From assembly GCA_008632985.1 (NCBI GenBank), contig QPGO01000199.1, positions 1 to 64,000 on the forward strand: 64,000 nucleotides of DNA. The letters run 5' to 3'. The notes under the pieces were generated by a model, which ran no database searches, was not told where the DNA came from, and saw nothing but the letters and a program-made list of their open reading frames with translations. Below, in pieces: positions 25,811 through 39,740 of the stretch. The DNA comes from Psammoneis japonica. Lineage: Eukaryota. Position 1 is the first letter of the stretch; every line of letters starts with the position of its first letter. The position numbers and the translations under genes were made by a program.

Positions 25811-28800
25811 TCACTCAATTTCTTTGTGTCTTCTGCATCCGACACGACAGCAAATGTTTTGAAGGTGTACAGTGGAATGTATTATGCAGGTACCCATGAC
25901 TTGGACGATATATTCGATAAAGGTGACATAGAAAGTCACAAGCTCTTTCTTTGGAAGCATTTTCCGTGTCAAAAACAAAAGCAAGCGCGGCAATCCTTGC
26001 TGTCACGATCATTTTCGACAATCAAATCGGCTCAATGTCTACATTAAACCATCCAAAAGTTTCAACCTACGCCTCATACTCCTCCCTCTATGCCTAAATG
26101 AGACGATCCTGGGTGGTTGTCAGAAGTCAAGAATCCATGCGAGTTCCTGAGGAGCCGTAAGCAGTTGGACCTCTGATCCTGTGAATGCACCAGCTCCAAC
26201 CAAATCGATGCGGAGCACAGCTTAAATTGTTCATATTGTCTGCAAAGATGCTTTTTTATGCGGTCAATGCTTCTTAAGATCGGGATCAAACTGTAGAAAA
26301 TACTACCAGTGACTGGTAATTGACGATAGCTGGCCGGAACCCTTTTTACGGACACCCATTTTCATCATTTTGAGTGCACGGAACGATGCGTAGTTTGTTC
26401 ATAATGTAGATTTAAGGCTTAACAATAGTCCAGGAAGCATCCACTACATAGAAGGACATTGAATATGAGTAGTGGCAAGAGTCAACAAAAACAATAAGTG
26501 CCATTGAAGCCCAAAAGTGGATTTGATCCGGAACTTGGTGAGCGCAAGCAGTTCTCTCTTGAAGGCTCCAAGCGCTAGAAATCATCACTTCAATGATAAG
26601 AATAGATTATAAATGCGTAATATGATAAATTAGCATGGACTAGTGCTTAGAATTGCTGGTTAAAACTAGGAGTCGTCTCCTACATTGCAAATTGTCTCCG
26701 GTGGTAGATTGGCAGATTTGTGGGTCCACCAGCTTGCGGGTTCTCACGTCCTTGAATTGCTCTTTTGTTTCCTTGTCTTGCCCATAGTAGCTTCCTTTAT
26801 TACATGAAGGGGCTCTCTAATTCCTTGAACAACCCCTTCTCATGAATTTCTTGGCATTCTGAGTCGATCAGGCGGTTGCGACAGGACCAAGGCGACGGAT
26901 GCACATTTGGATGAGCTCTTGTTTTCAGCTCAGCATCACCTCCCACAACAGTCAGGATATTTTCTCCTTCATCTCGATCATAAATATCGACGAATGAACG
27001 TTATCCCATACCACACCTTCTATGTTGAACCTTGAGAACGTCGCCTGAAGTTGTCGGAAGCAGCGACATCGGGTGAAACAAGTGGGCGGCAGCAAAAGTC
27101 TTTTTTTCGCTCTGCAAGTGGCAAAAGTCGCAATGTTTTTACATAGAACGACACACATGTAAGTAAATGATGAGATACAATTGAAACATTGCGAATGTTG
27201 ACCCAAGAACGCAAGCAGTAACGTTCTTACCGATGAACGGCGACTCACCATTTTCGTTCCGTAACTTTTACGCATTTTTTGTACTGGGAATTGTGGGAGG
27301 CAGATCTGAATTTCGGCCCAAAAAAAAGAAGGAAGGAGCGGCTTTTCAGTACTGCCGTAGAATCTACGTGCAAGATGACGTCACAGTACAAAATGCCATT
27401 TCTACGCAGCGGTGGCCGCTCCGCGAGCGTCGTGCGTTATTGTCGTCGAGACTCCTCACCGCGCGCTCGCCGTGCAAAATTTTGAAATCGAACTTCTCCC
27501 TCCGACCCGACCAAGACGGACGGAAGACGCACGAAGTTGATTGCGCGCGAGCGCGCGGCGATCGGCGATGGCATCGGCAAAAACGCGGGCAGCCTTTTAC
27601 CATGGTGGGCGACCGGCTACCGCTGAAGGCTGAAGGGGCCGTGATAGCGCAAAAGGCCAACCCTGTGGACTGATACTTCAATATGCGTTTGCTGCATAGC
27701 TTCTATTTGCTGCTCGTGTTATATTATGCCCAGTTCCTGAGCCAGCGAACGGCATCAGCGTTTGTTGTTGTGTCACCTGCTGCAACATGTGTTCAACGAT
27801 GTAGCTGGAGAGTCGTCTCCTTTCTCTCGTCAGATACCGCTGCTACTGCGAAAGAAACCTGAAACATCCATGAGCTGTTTTGATTTGTTAGCAAAAATAA
27901 TGACTGCAGCAGTGACTATTGTTGGGGGGGAAGAGTTTACTCATCAAGTCACCTACCTTTGAAGAAATGCAAGCTCTTGATCCCGTTTAAAAGGCGGCAG
28001 AAGAAATGAAGCAAGCCGAATGTGACTATTCAAAAGTTGATCCCACCTTGGTTCAGCCCATGCCGACGGGATTGCTACACTCTCTAGACGAAAAGACGGG
28101 CGTTAGTACTGACAACGATGCTTCTCCCCCGAAAACAGCTCTGCTGAGACCCCTCATGATGAAGCGCAACACGTGTGGAACCTTGCATGTCGGAACAAGC
28201 TCCCGATAAGGATGCCGTGCAGACTGCCATTTTTAAGGCACAATACAGTGGAAAGGATGAGGACGGAAAAGATGGTTCTACTGGTGGAGATCAGTACGAA
28301 ACAAGGGTGGTGTCAGTTTGGAACACATTGCCAACATGTAGAGACTACTGTATGCGGTAGTGCATATACAAATGGTATTGTTAAGCTACGGCTGCGCTTA
28401 TTTGGCGGCACTCTCACTTGCAAGAATCTCTCCTACGCTACAGTACGTAGCTCCTGACGAAGAGAAGAGGCTCGCCAAGAAATCGGGGTAGCGTTTCAGT
28501 GCCTTCTTATGAGTATTGCTAAGTAGTAGAGCTCATACATAGCCATACCAGCTACTTCTAACAAAAATGTGTAGCAAAGAACGGAAGCTCACAATAGACC
28601 CTGTCCTCGAAACGAACCGCTAACAAAACTGCGACGAGAACTAGAGAGCTCTACAATACGTCATAGTAGTCGTAGGCTAGCCCATGCAGAGTCCAGACGG
28701 TTCAACGTACTGCACAGTTGATGGCTGGATGATTATAGTACATTGCGTCATCCACTACGCCCTGCTGAACTACTGTAGACTCATCATCGACAAATGCTTA

Positions 28801-31111
28801 AAACAAAAGCTCGTCATCTCTAGCGTCCATCATTGGAAGAAACTCGGGCTTCCAGACGAAGCAGACGAATATGCCAATAATGAGACAAGAAGAACCAAAC
28901 AATGCAATGCTTGTGCCAAGAGATCAACTCGTATGTGGCACACGGAGTCGACTTAGCCTCAACACGTCCATGGCTTGCGAAAGAGTGAATGGCGCACGCA
29001 GAGATGACGAGAATCGGCGAAAATTGATGCGCAAATCTTTTGTTTGTGTGTGTGAAATCGAGAAAGGTTGTTTGTTTGCACCAAATGCCTCTTTCCACAA
29101 ACGCCACCCACCATCTGACAATCACCTTTTGTGTCTCAAACAATGTCGTGCACTTGGCATCATTGAAAACTGTGGGCTGTAAAAAAAATGCAGGAGAGCA
29201 CGGGAAAATTGAATGGCTGTTGTTCTTCGGACATTTGTGAAAAGAAGTTATTAAATACATTTCAAAGGGCTTATGTAGAATTTGTATGTGGGCAATAATT
29301 ATAATCGCTAAAAAAGTTTGTGTTGGCGATTTCGCTAAATAACATTGGCGAGAACGGCTTGACGTTGAGTCGTGCGGTAAAAAAAACAGCTTGAACGGCT
29401 CAACTTACTTTGCGTCGTCCGGTAAAAATACTGTTCGCACACAGCATCAGCGATCGCTCTCTGATGCCATAAAAAAAACACCATGGCCTATACTGAGTCC
29501 TTCTTTCTTCCCTTAGGGCTTCGTATGATCGGATGCTTGGCGGAGGATGCGGAAAGCTCAAAGACAAACGTCAGCATGGAAAACGTCCGTCGATTCTCAT
29601 GCTGAAACCGGAGACGGTTTTGAATTGCGTCAACGGCAAAAGTTTAACGTCTCCGTTACCGTACGGTAAGAGCATCTTCGCCAGTGAGTCGTAAACATAA
29701 ACCTATGTCCGTACGTCTTCCGATACGAATGAGATTCACAAAAAATCATCATTTTCGGTGGATCGTAAACATATTTTTTGCGCTAATAACCCTTTTCGAA
29801 TTTACGATTCATGAAAGTGAATCGCAAATCAGGCCTTGGATACGATCCACCTCCAAAATCGTAAACGAAAATCGTAAATTTCTGGTACAAAAAGGGTGTA
29901 GAAATCCTGTAGAAAGTGCGTGTCACCATGACGAAACGACAATCGACGCTTTCTTGATGAGAGGACCTTACAGAGGCCCAACAATTAAGACTTTGTCGTA
30001 TCTTATGAACTTACATACGGCCGCATCGAGATATGGGAGGAGAACCGACATATGGGGGGTTTATGGGGTCAGAAGAGAATAAGGCATAAATCGTGTGATA
30101 ACATTTCGCTTGTTTTCGCGATGTAGAATGACTTTCACAACATAGTAACACATAGACATATAATATGAATTATTCTCTATTGATAGACGTCGACATATCT
30201 TTGAATAGACGGTGATTTGTGTCGTATATTGCGTTCAAAGCCGCCATGGCGTCATGTAAAATTCAACAAGTCCGTCCTACCATCAGTTAGTTATTGATAT
30301 ACGTGTATGCAGTTGGTTGTTACCTCAACGTCTGCCCAACCATCGGCCGAATGTGAATACGATTGTGATCGACTGAAAATGATGGTCGCGTGCAGAATCG
30401 TAAACTTATACGGGGCAGTCTGTTCGCTTGTCCTTTTAGGTTATGTTCCTATGTTTATGTTTATGTTTACGACTCACTGGCGAAGATGCTCTAAAAAAGA
30501 ATCCTATTTTTTTACCGTCCGGTAAAAAAAAACTGCTCGAACGGCACGCGTTTTGGCGATCCGGTAAAAAATAACTGCGCGGCACGTCGACGTCCGAGCA
30601 AAAGCGCGCGCAAATTTTTGCGATAGCGGACCGTTGAATATATACATTCTTCTCTAATATGTTACATACTGTACAACGGAAAACAAGGTAAAATTGCGCA
30701 CCGTCTGGGCGGACGCCCTGTTTTCCCGTGGTCTCCAGGAACTTGCCGAGCGCAATTTTGTCGCGCGGAAATCATCGACACACACCGAAAGAGCAACCAA
30801 AGCAGACTTTTGTGTTGACAATCCAGCAATCCAACACCATGATGAATTGTCCAAAAGTGTGACTTTGTAATTGCTGTGGCTGTCAACAGGCCATCCTCTC
30901 ATTTGTCTTGATTGCACTGCGTTGGAGCCTGGAAACTCAATTGGGCCAGGGCGGGGCCATCAGAAAATGTTTGGACAGCGACAAAAATGTCGCACAAAGA
31001 GTGGTTCTGGACAAAAACGAAAAGCCAAATGACATGGTTTGAGCCAAAGATGAGATGGCACATGTTGAAATGCAAGATGTTGAATGGAGCAAGATGGCGC
31101 GACACTCGAAT

Positions 31112-31518
31112 GACGTGCTCCAGCTCCAGGTGGGACCTCGTGCTGCTGAGCTGCGACACACTTGTTTTTCATCATCCGTCGCATGTTTCGCGTGCACATT
31201 TCTGCGTGTTCCATCATAAAAAATTGTTCCACACTGCCTGTTTTGCGAAGCCAAAGGCTTTCTGTTGTCTGCACTTGTGTCAACAAAAATGCGCTGGGTG
31301 TGCTCTTCAATGTCTGAAGAATGTGCCCGGGCATGCTGCAGAGAATGTGCTTCAAGTGTGGAGGAGGAGATGCGTTCGCAAAATTGCCTCAAAATTGCCT
31401 CTTTTTCTGTTGGCGATCATTCATACATTCGCTGCTCAACAATTTTGCTGCGGAGCTCGCACGCAGAATTCCACGGGCCCAATGTCACAAAAAGTCCCAC
31501 CTGGGGCTGGAACCCGTC
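31112..31518. mobile_element. MITE, GAC-terminus family, divergent copy 4 (TpA-depleted)
   Basis: TIRs GACGTGCTCCAGCTCCAGGTGGGAC / GTCCCACCTGGGGCTGGAACCCGTC; TSD GAAT; right end matches copy 2. Confidence 0.85.
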
Positions 31519-33451
31519 GAATGGACATCAGAGGTGTTGATGGGGCAAGGTGTTGAGTTGGGGATGTTGCAAAAACAGCAGAACAAAATGCTGCACTCAA
31601 AAGTGTCAACATGTGACATTGTGCTCTGTCTGTGGGGACAAGCGAATCCATCACTTTGCAAATGAGCTGCATCATTTGCAGCTGCTTTCAGTGCTGCCTG
31701 AGTCAAGGTTTCTGGCTGGCGGCTGAAAGTGGTCCTGGGCAACGGATGGTTTTTTCTTGGCCCTGCTCTGCCTGCTGCACATTTGGGGTGAGCAAGATGC
31801 TGGCGATCCCAGGACAGCAAAAACCCAGGAAGACGATGCAAGAAGGGCTTGCCGCTTGAGCATCTTTGGCGGCCGTTGCACCATTCAACGTGCCCTCCCA
31901 CCAGCAAGGGTGACTTTGACTTGATCTTGCACATGTGCTGACTCACTTGCTTGACTCAGGCATGGACACCAGCCAAACCCTTCTCAGCTGCACATCACAT
32001 GTGTCGCTTTGCCTGGCCCTCCACACTTGTTTCAGTTTTCTTGTCATGCTCCACATGATGTTTCTTGACAGCCTCAGGCAACTTGGAGACACACTCATCA
32101 TCCGCAGGGAGCCTCACTTTGCCATCCCAGGATTTTGTGACAATTGGGTCTGCTGCAGAATGCCTGCATCACATCCAGCACCAGTGTGATGTGTGAGCCT
32201 TGGATTTCTTTTTCAATTTCCCCACTCACAAAAGCACCTTTCCAGTGGGCATGCCAGCAGGTGCACTTTCCAACCCCCGGCAATTCGTCCCAGGCAGCAT
32301 CTGCACCAAATGTTCCAACAGCATGTCCGAGTGAAAAGTCCACATTTGCTCCTCATGCACAACCTTCAAAGTGACAACCCATGTGCTTGCTTCCAAGCAA
32401 AACCAAAGCAAAAGTCAAAGAACTGCTGGAACTTCTGACGACACCTTCAGAATGTTGTCGTCAACAACAAGCCCACGGGTGGTCTTTTTAAACTTCTTCC
32501 TCAAAATCTGGAGACTGTCCTCTTCACCTCCATTGATTGACAACGACAACGAGCTCATTGAGCGAGCCTTTTTCTTTTCCTCTCAAGTTCCCCCACTCAT
32601 GGCTCAGATTTGGCAATGAACTGACAATGCCGTGCTCTGGTTTTTCTGAGCTGGTGGTGCCTGGCAGCAGCAGATTGTGTGCTGGGTGTCATTTGTGGCC
32701 AACTGTTTTCAACAGTGCCATGTGCATGGTGGCACTTGAGATGCAAACAACCTTTCTTGATTTCACATGGACAAAACAATGACTTGCGAGTCAATTTTTG
32801 CCAATTGCCATTCTTGGTGGTGCGCGTTGCTCGCTCTTTTGCTTTGCAGCCTTGTGAAGCTGTGCCGCCGAAAGAAGAAGGTGATGCATTGCACATCAAT
32901 CAACCACACAATCAGCCAGCAGCAGAAAGTGACAAAGACTCAAATGCATCATGGCAGGCCTGGGTCATTTTGAAGCACCCAAATCAGCAGTGTGTGGGCG
33001 AGCGGTGGGTTGGCGGGGATCTTGTTGTTGGCGCTGGCCCGCATGTTCAGCGCAGCAGCACTGCCAAAGAAACATGAATCAAATCATTCTCGTTGGGAGT
33101 CAACTTGGATCCAAGGACTCATGGTTCATTTCCTGGGCACTGCAAGAGGATCAAGCCATTCCCTGAGCTGGGGAAATCTTGAGAGTGGAGCCGCCCGTCA
33201 CAACAAGCGCTTGCTCCTGCCATTGTGGTGGTGTGGCATGACTCCTCAAGAAAAAAAAGGCAGTGTGTCCTTGACAGACCCATTTGGAGGGTTCGCTCGT
33301 GAGATGAGTGAAACAATGGCAATTTGGTCTGACCAAAATGCACATTCTCAGGAAACACTGCTGTTCATCAGCCTTGTCACTGTGTTGTTCATGCGCTTTT
33401 GATTTCGCGCGAAGTGTTGGAGTCCCTAGGTACCGGCATCGTACCGGTAAC

Positions 33452-33782
33452 CAACAGGAATCATTCGAAAATGTCGCGTGGGTCATAATTAATATTTTAC
33501 ATAAGGAAAAACACAAAATCGTGTAGAAATGTACACAATGTCATACGAGAGAGTGATTAGAGCTAATAACTTTTCGGGAACTGAATTGAAATGCTATCTG
33601 ATTGACGGCATTGGCCTTCACTATGTGAATCAAAATACCGTCAATCAGATAGCATTTCAATTGATTTCCCGAGAAGTTGATATTCGTATACGGACGGATG
33701 GACAGACTGATAATAATTATTTTTAGTACTCTCCTACACAATTTCTACGTGATGACTCTCAGGACCCGAATGATTCCTATTG
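33452..33782. mobile_element. Foldback/MITE-like element with nested inverted repeats
   Basis: Outer 16-bp IR CAACAGGAATCATTCG / CGAATGATTCCTATTG; inner 29-bp IR 33584-33612 / 33634-33662; no clear TSD. Confidence 0.6.
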
Positions 33783-34117
33783 TAGACTAGTAGAAGTAAC
33801 AAATCCACCATTCACCATCATGTCAAAGCGGTGACGACGGCGAAAGAGAACGCAACGAACGCCCAGCAGTCTCTTGCCAACATGCAGTAATGCTCTATCT
33901 ACATATCGTAACAACGACAACATCATCTCTATGCCGTCGTTCTCGTTCCTGATCTTTTTGAGTCGAACTGGAAGTGTGTGTAAGATATCTGTCTACCACC
34001 ACCGCATGCTTCATCCATACTGCCATGCGTCTCACCACGTAGGGAGCTTCTTGGTGTTCATAGGACGAAAAGGACTATTCAAGATGATACCCGGGTCCGT
34101 GCTGATTGATGGCATAA

Positions 34118-34621
34118 TTTCTCCAGTCCGTAACAGCGTCATACATTGAAGGCTTTTGGCGGTACTTTAATCACATTCCCCGACCCTCTGAGGTTTTCTT
34201 TGACGGTGACAGTCGCAAGCGCATCGGACCCGAGGGAAAGACCGTGGAGGAGTACAGCCTTTTCAAACGGGGTATTGAGCCCGAATGGGGTGATCCCAAG
34301 AACGTGACGGGGGGAGAGTGGTTTTGTCGACAGTACTTTGAGGGGGACGTCCTGGATTTGTACTGGCAGAATCTCGTCCTGGCGGTGGTGGGCGAAGTCA
34401 TTGAAGACGGGCACGGGGAAGTGGAGAGTCATGTCAATGGAGCCAGAGTCGTTGATAAGGGCAGGGGGTATCCCATGTTTCGCCTAGAACTGTGGATCAA
34501 CACGAGAAACCCAGATTTTAAGGAACGGATTCGCCAGAAAATGGTGGATGTCATGACGGATGGACAGCCACCCTCGAGAAAGGCTCACCCAAAGTTTGAT
34601 TGGAAAGACCACAGCAGTTAA
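34118..34621 (+). CDS. eIF4E: Eukaryotic translation initiation factor 4E family; C-terminal part open, 5' exon region appears disrupted
   Basis: IEGFWRYFNHIPRPS, YSLFKRGIEPEWGDPKN..GGEW, WQNLVLAVVGE, RLELW motifs; probable upstream intron about 33979-34042; in-frame TAA at 34115. Confidence 0.85.
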   Translation, partial: FLQSVTASYIEGFWRYFNHIPRPSEVFFDGDSRKRIGPEGKTVEEYSLFKRGIEPEWGDPKNVTGGEWFCRQYFEGDVLDLYWQNLVLAVVGEVIEDGHGEVESHVNGARVVDKGRGYPMFRLELWINTRNPDFKERIRQKMVDVMTDGQPPSRKAHPKFDWKDHSS

Positions 34622-34701
34622 TTTTTTCATCTCTAGTAGAGACAGCCACCCCCCATACAACACTCCCCATAGAACACTCTACTCCTATTTGTTATTAGAT
34701 T

Positions 34702-37700
34702 TTAGGATGTAGATTTTACGGCAACCTTTGCCATTGATCCAAGCTCTTCCAACGACAGGGGTTTCCACTGAGAGCCCTGAAAGGCAAACACGACATTCGA
34801 GTCCAAGTATATGGGGACAGGGCCGAATAGAAACATTTGCTTCCCGTCCTTGAGGGCGTTGGCACCCATGCGGGGAAGAAAGTCAACATCTTGTTCTCGT
34901 GCATAGTCTTGCACCACATCACGAAAGATCGAGCTCTCTTCCTTCTTGTATGTCGACGTGGATGCAAAGCCCTTTTGATCTTGATGAGCGTCTCGTTCCG
35001 CTTGATTCAATTCTGATTGGGCCTTCACTTGCTTCTCCTTTTGGCGGCGGGCCAACACGACACGGTAGTTGACGTCACTGTTGGGACGCAAATCGTAAAG
35101 TGCATCTTGAGTAACATCAGAAGAATCCGGCTGTTTGACAGCTTGAATCATTAACAAACCACCGTAGAAAATTCGACATATTCTGCTGTCCTTGCACAGT
35201 AGCAGCCAAGGTTTCCCTTCGTATCCAGCTTCCTTCATGCCGTTGCGGGTGTCAAAGAAGAGTCGCCATTTCCACTCGAGATAGTACTCTGCAACACTCT
35301 TCATGTCGAGTTCCTCTTTGTTGGACGATGTCAAGATCCATGTATTAAGAGTCTTGGCCCAGTTCTGTAACAGCTCGCCCTCTACCATACTCAAAAACTC
35401 GACATCGGAAAGCAAACCTAGTCCATTCAGTCGAAACAAGACACGAACCGGTGACAATTCATTGCCATTCGTGGCGCCCTCGTTGCTCCTCATTTTGCAA
35501 CGACCCAGTCTAGGTGTTATGTAGTGAGACGTTAGATCGTGCACCGTGGTGGATTTGAAAACAAATTTCCAAGGTTTCAGCGTCTCCAAGGACGCCTGCA
35601 GAAATTCATTGTCGTTGGAGACCTTGCGTTGTAGAAACGACATGGCGCTCTTGATCTTTCTCTTGATATCAGAAACCAATGCTGGAAGAATAGAACGATT
35701 GTAGTCCAAGTGCTGTACCCAGGGAAGGACCCAGAGGTCGACGCGGTCTTGGAGTTGAGCACGTGCTGAAGCCTCCCCGTTCTCAACGAATTGTGGCTTC
35801 CATTGACTTACGCATCGTGCGAGCTTGGGATAGATGGTATCATGGACAAGTTCATCTTGTATTACATGGACGAGGTTTGGTAAACCGCCATGGTCATCAT
35901 CGGGAGCATCTGAAGTCATGAGTACGTGGTTTTCGTCTTGTTTGTGATCGGCAGTTGGTGATATAAGGGCAGCTGCTCGAATCATTGCTTCGTACAAGGC
36001 CAGGGGTCGTTCGACGTTGCTGATGGGATCCCATTTCACTGACTGGAGCGCCTTTTTAAAACTCTAGGAACAACGTGATTCACGAAAAGGGACTGCCTCA
36101 TTGCAATGATATCCTTTTCGTTGACTGAAGAATTTGATTCCGCATCTTTTCCATTCAACGTCAAAACGAAATTGATGAGTGCTTCAGATGTACTGATCGA
36201 GTCTTCCAGAGGCTCCCATCCACTCAACCGATTCTCTACAAGGGAACTGAATAACGACGGTGCGAGAACTGTGTTGAATCGCAGAGACGCCTTTTCTTCA
36301 GAGGTAAAGGTATCGCCCAACTCTTTGACCAACGATTCAACCTTGGCTGCCGCTGCAGGATCGCCGCTCTTTTGCAAACCATCAATTTGATCCATTATTC
36401 TCAAGACACGTTGCATTTTGTCAATCCGTTCTTGTCCATCCTTTTGTCTCCGTTTCATATCTGCAATGTCTGATTCTATGCTATGGACTTTACGCTTGGT
36501 TGACTGAACAAAGTGAGACGTCGAGTGGAGTGTGTTTTCGTAGGTGTTGAGAATCAAGGTTACATTGTGCAGAAGCTCTTCGGCGAGCGGAACCTCCTTT
36601 TTGGATCCATCGGCTGACGTCGACAAGGAAGGACCCCTCATATCTAACATGACTGGCTTGTCTTGTTGATTCTCTAAAACTTGCGTAGCAGACACAATGT
36701 TTCGCTTGGGTCTTGGTTTGGCGTTTCGAGTATTGTCCGCCCTTTCTCCACGATTCCTGCTCCAAGAGTTCCTGCGTACTGGGTAACGCCGATGCCGAGA
36801 GCGGCATGGCCATACCATCATCCGCCTGCTGCTTCTTTTGTTTCTTTGGCAATTCGATACCACGAACCTCAGCTTCAATTTGTTGGTTCACCTTGAGCTT
36901 TGTTGCTTCCTTGAAATTCCCGTAACCAAGGCCGAGGTTGTTTGGTCGAACGACAACTTCGACAAGACGCGAAATACCTTTTCGGGACTTTGCCTCTGTT
37001 TGCAGCTCTGTTTGACCTTCTTGGTCTTGTCCCTTTTCGACTTCCTTTTTCACAACTCGTCGATTCGATCCCAGCCCCCCACTGCCTTTGTATCCCATTT
37101 TGGTAAGCAGCTTCATCCCGATACCTTTTGTGTGCTTCTCCCATTTCCCAAGGTTTGGGTCAATTTTCGGTTTCTAAGACACAAAACCGCCACCGCTTCC
37201 TAATCCGAATGATGCGGCCACGTTGGAAGACATGCCCAAGCCCATCTGAGACATGCCAAACGGTTGCTGGTCAGGCTCCTGACTCGGTTTCTGAGACGAC
37301 GGCTCAAATCCCAAGCCACCACCTGGCGTTACCATATCTATATCGTTTCTTCTGGTAGGAGGCTCTGATGGGGCTGACGTACTAAGAGGTCTTTTGCGAC
37401 CGCCACCCTTTTTCTTCCCTCGTCCCAACAATTCCAGGAATCTCTTATTTGCCGCGTCCTTTTCCTCTTTTAGCAGTTGCTTTTGTTCCTCCTCTTCTTT
37501 TTTTCCGTATAGCTTCTTCCTCTAATTCTTTCGGGCTCTTACTTTCCCGTCTATCAGATGTGCCATCGTTTAGATCCGCTTCATCGACTTGAGTCTTTTC
37601 TTGTTCTTTTACAAAGCTATCTTCCGTTTTGCTCTTGACAAAGTTCATGGTCGACGGACCGTCGTTCTTCTTATAGTGAATATGACGCCTCGAGGTAAAA

Positions 37701-37912
37701 CGATCATCTTCATCATTGTCCGAGTCTAAAAAGACCCCATACGTCGCAACATCATGTCCATTCTCGGTCTGCTCTTCGCGGTCTTCGTCGCCAAATGTGG
37801 TGTAGGCGAACTTTCGTTTCTTGGAAGCCACAAACTCCACAACATCATCATCGTCACTGTCTACAGATATAGCGTCACTATCATCGTGGTAACCACCATG
37901 GGGGTCTTCCAT
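34702..37912 (-). pseudogene. TFIP11: Tuftelin-interacting protein 11 / Ntr1-like spliceosome disassembly factor (G-patch + GCFC), disrupted
   Basis: G-patch GKWEKHTKGIGMKLLTKMGYKGSGGLG, ELLHN coiled coil, C-terminal FRDVVQDYA...F.P...DGKQ.F.FG...IY.D; split into 5 ORFs by frameshifts and an in-frame TAG at 37174-37176. Confidence 0.85.
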
Positions 37913-39740
37913 TATGTGTAAGCGTAAGAATGTTTCGGATTATAGAGCGGCAAGGTGCGGAGAAGGGGATTTCTACAACCGTACCTGTCGCATCATTGTC
38001 ACCGAGTGAAACTGTGATGCGTGATGCGAATGGGCACAGAAAGAAAGCAAGGAGCGGATGGACGGACAGCCTCTCACGTCTGAAAAGCGCGGGAAACCGT
38101 ACAACGTACAGACCCCAAAATTTGACGCACGTTGTCTTCGCTCTTCCATGAACATGAGGATGATGAGACATGGTCCATTGGAGCAAAGCGAGGACAGGAA
38201 GTGGAAGTTTATCCTGGAGTTGTTGTCAGTCAAAAATCAAGCAGAGAAAAGTGGCCTCAGATTCTGGAAAATGTTTGTCATTTGAAAAACCAAAAACAGG
38301 CAAAACGGCGAAAACGGATCAGCGCGAAAGGCGCGCGACATAGTCATCCCTGTACCGTAACGCGCGACCAAGACGGATGACCGGACCCAAGGATTTATAA
38401 GTCTGTCAGGATGTACAAGCTACGTAGAACGCGTGTTGCCATGCGTGGTCAACAGCCTCTAAGTAATCTTGACGGTGCGAACTCCGCCGTTAAAGTATAT
38501 AAATTTATGTATTTTGTATATGTATTTGTAAAGCAAGAGACCGGACACGAGACTTCCAGTCTCCTCATTTTTTCAAGGGTTCGCGCATCATTCAAAAAGG
38601 CACCACACACCATGATAATCGGAGCGGCTTATTAGACTATTGACGATCCTTTCAACAATACCAACGCTATCTACTAGTCTTTACCTTCATATATAAACAG
38701 CTTATGTTGCTTTTTCGAAGGTAAGCAGCCAATAGTAAGGTGAAAAAAGGATTTTGTATTGACACCACGGTTCGAGACTCATTATCGCTCTCTGTCGCAA
38801 TCGAATTATATTGCGCTTTTGTTTCGGCATCTCACTCATTTTCTTTGACATGTTCGTCTTTATAACTCATATAGAGAAGATCTTGAGCAATGTATCACCC
38901 CTACGGACGAACAATGGCTCATAGTTTCGTGTCGGTGTCGACACCATTTTTTCTTTTCAACTCATGTTCTTCCTTATATCGGAATGGGGCTGTGGTGTGT
39001 CCTACGCTCTCTTTTGGCCTGAGCCAAGAAACATACAGTTGATACTATCACGAATAATGACAATTATAATGTGCAATGGGTTGGATATTGACGTCCATGA
39101 CCTTGCCGAGTGCCGGTTAGTAGTACTCCCTCGTTCAGGGACCGAAAACTGGGGTAAATCTTGGTGGCGTGGAGACTCTGCTATTGGAATGCGAGCGAGC
39201 GGGCTGGAATCTCGTGCAGTTTACTTCTGAAGGATGTGTACAATAAGGTATGTTTACATTTAAAGCAGTATTGATGCATCATGCATACAGTACTGGTATG
39301 AGGATTTACAAACTGACAATTTCATTCTCCGTCTCCATTTTTCCCATGTAGGCGGTGTCTTAATTTTGTTTCTTGCGGCCTTTCGGATCTACAAAGGAGG
39401 ACGGGAACGACTTGTACCTTATCAATCTAGGGTTGTCGTCATTAGGTCCATAATTTGTGGTGACGAGGTGTCTGTTAGTTGCAGGAACTAAGACGCACCT
39501 CACGGAGTGCCGGTACCCCAAGACGCACCTCAAGACGACGCACCACCATGTGTGCATTATTTTATGTTTCTTGTTGCCTTTCAATCTGCAAAGGAGGTCT
39601 GAGACACGACCTGAATAATTTTGGATCGTTGTTGGGAACGACTTGTACCTTACAATTCTAGGGTTGTCGTCAGAAGACCGTGTGCTTTGTGGTGACGAGG
39701 TGTCAACGAGTTTTGCAAACTTAAGACATACAGTACAGTG

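Noticed and set aside
26070..28950. Decayed coding-like segments
   Set aside because: Many stops and no motif I could identify reliably.
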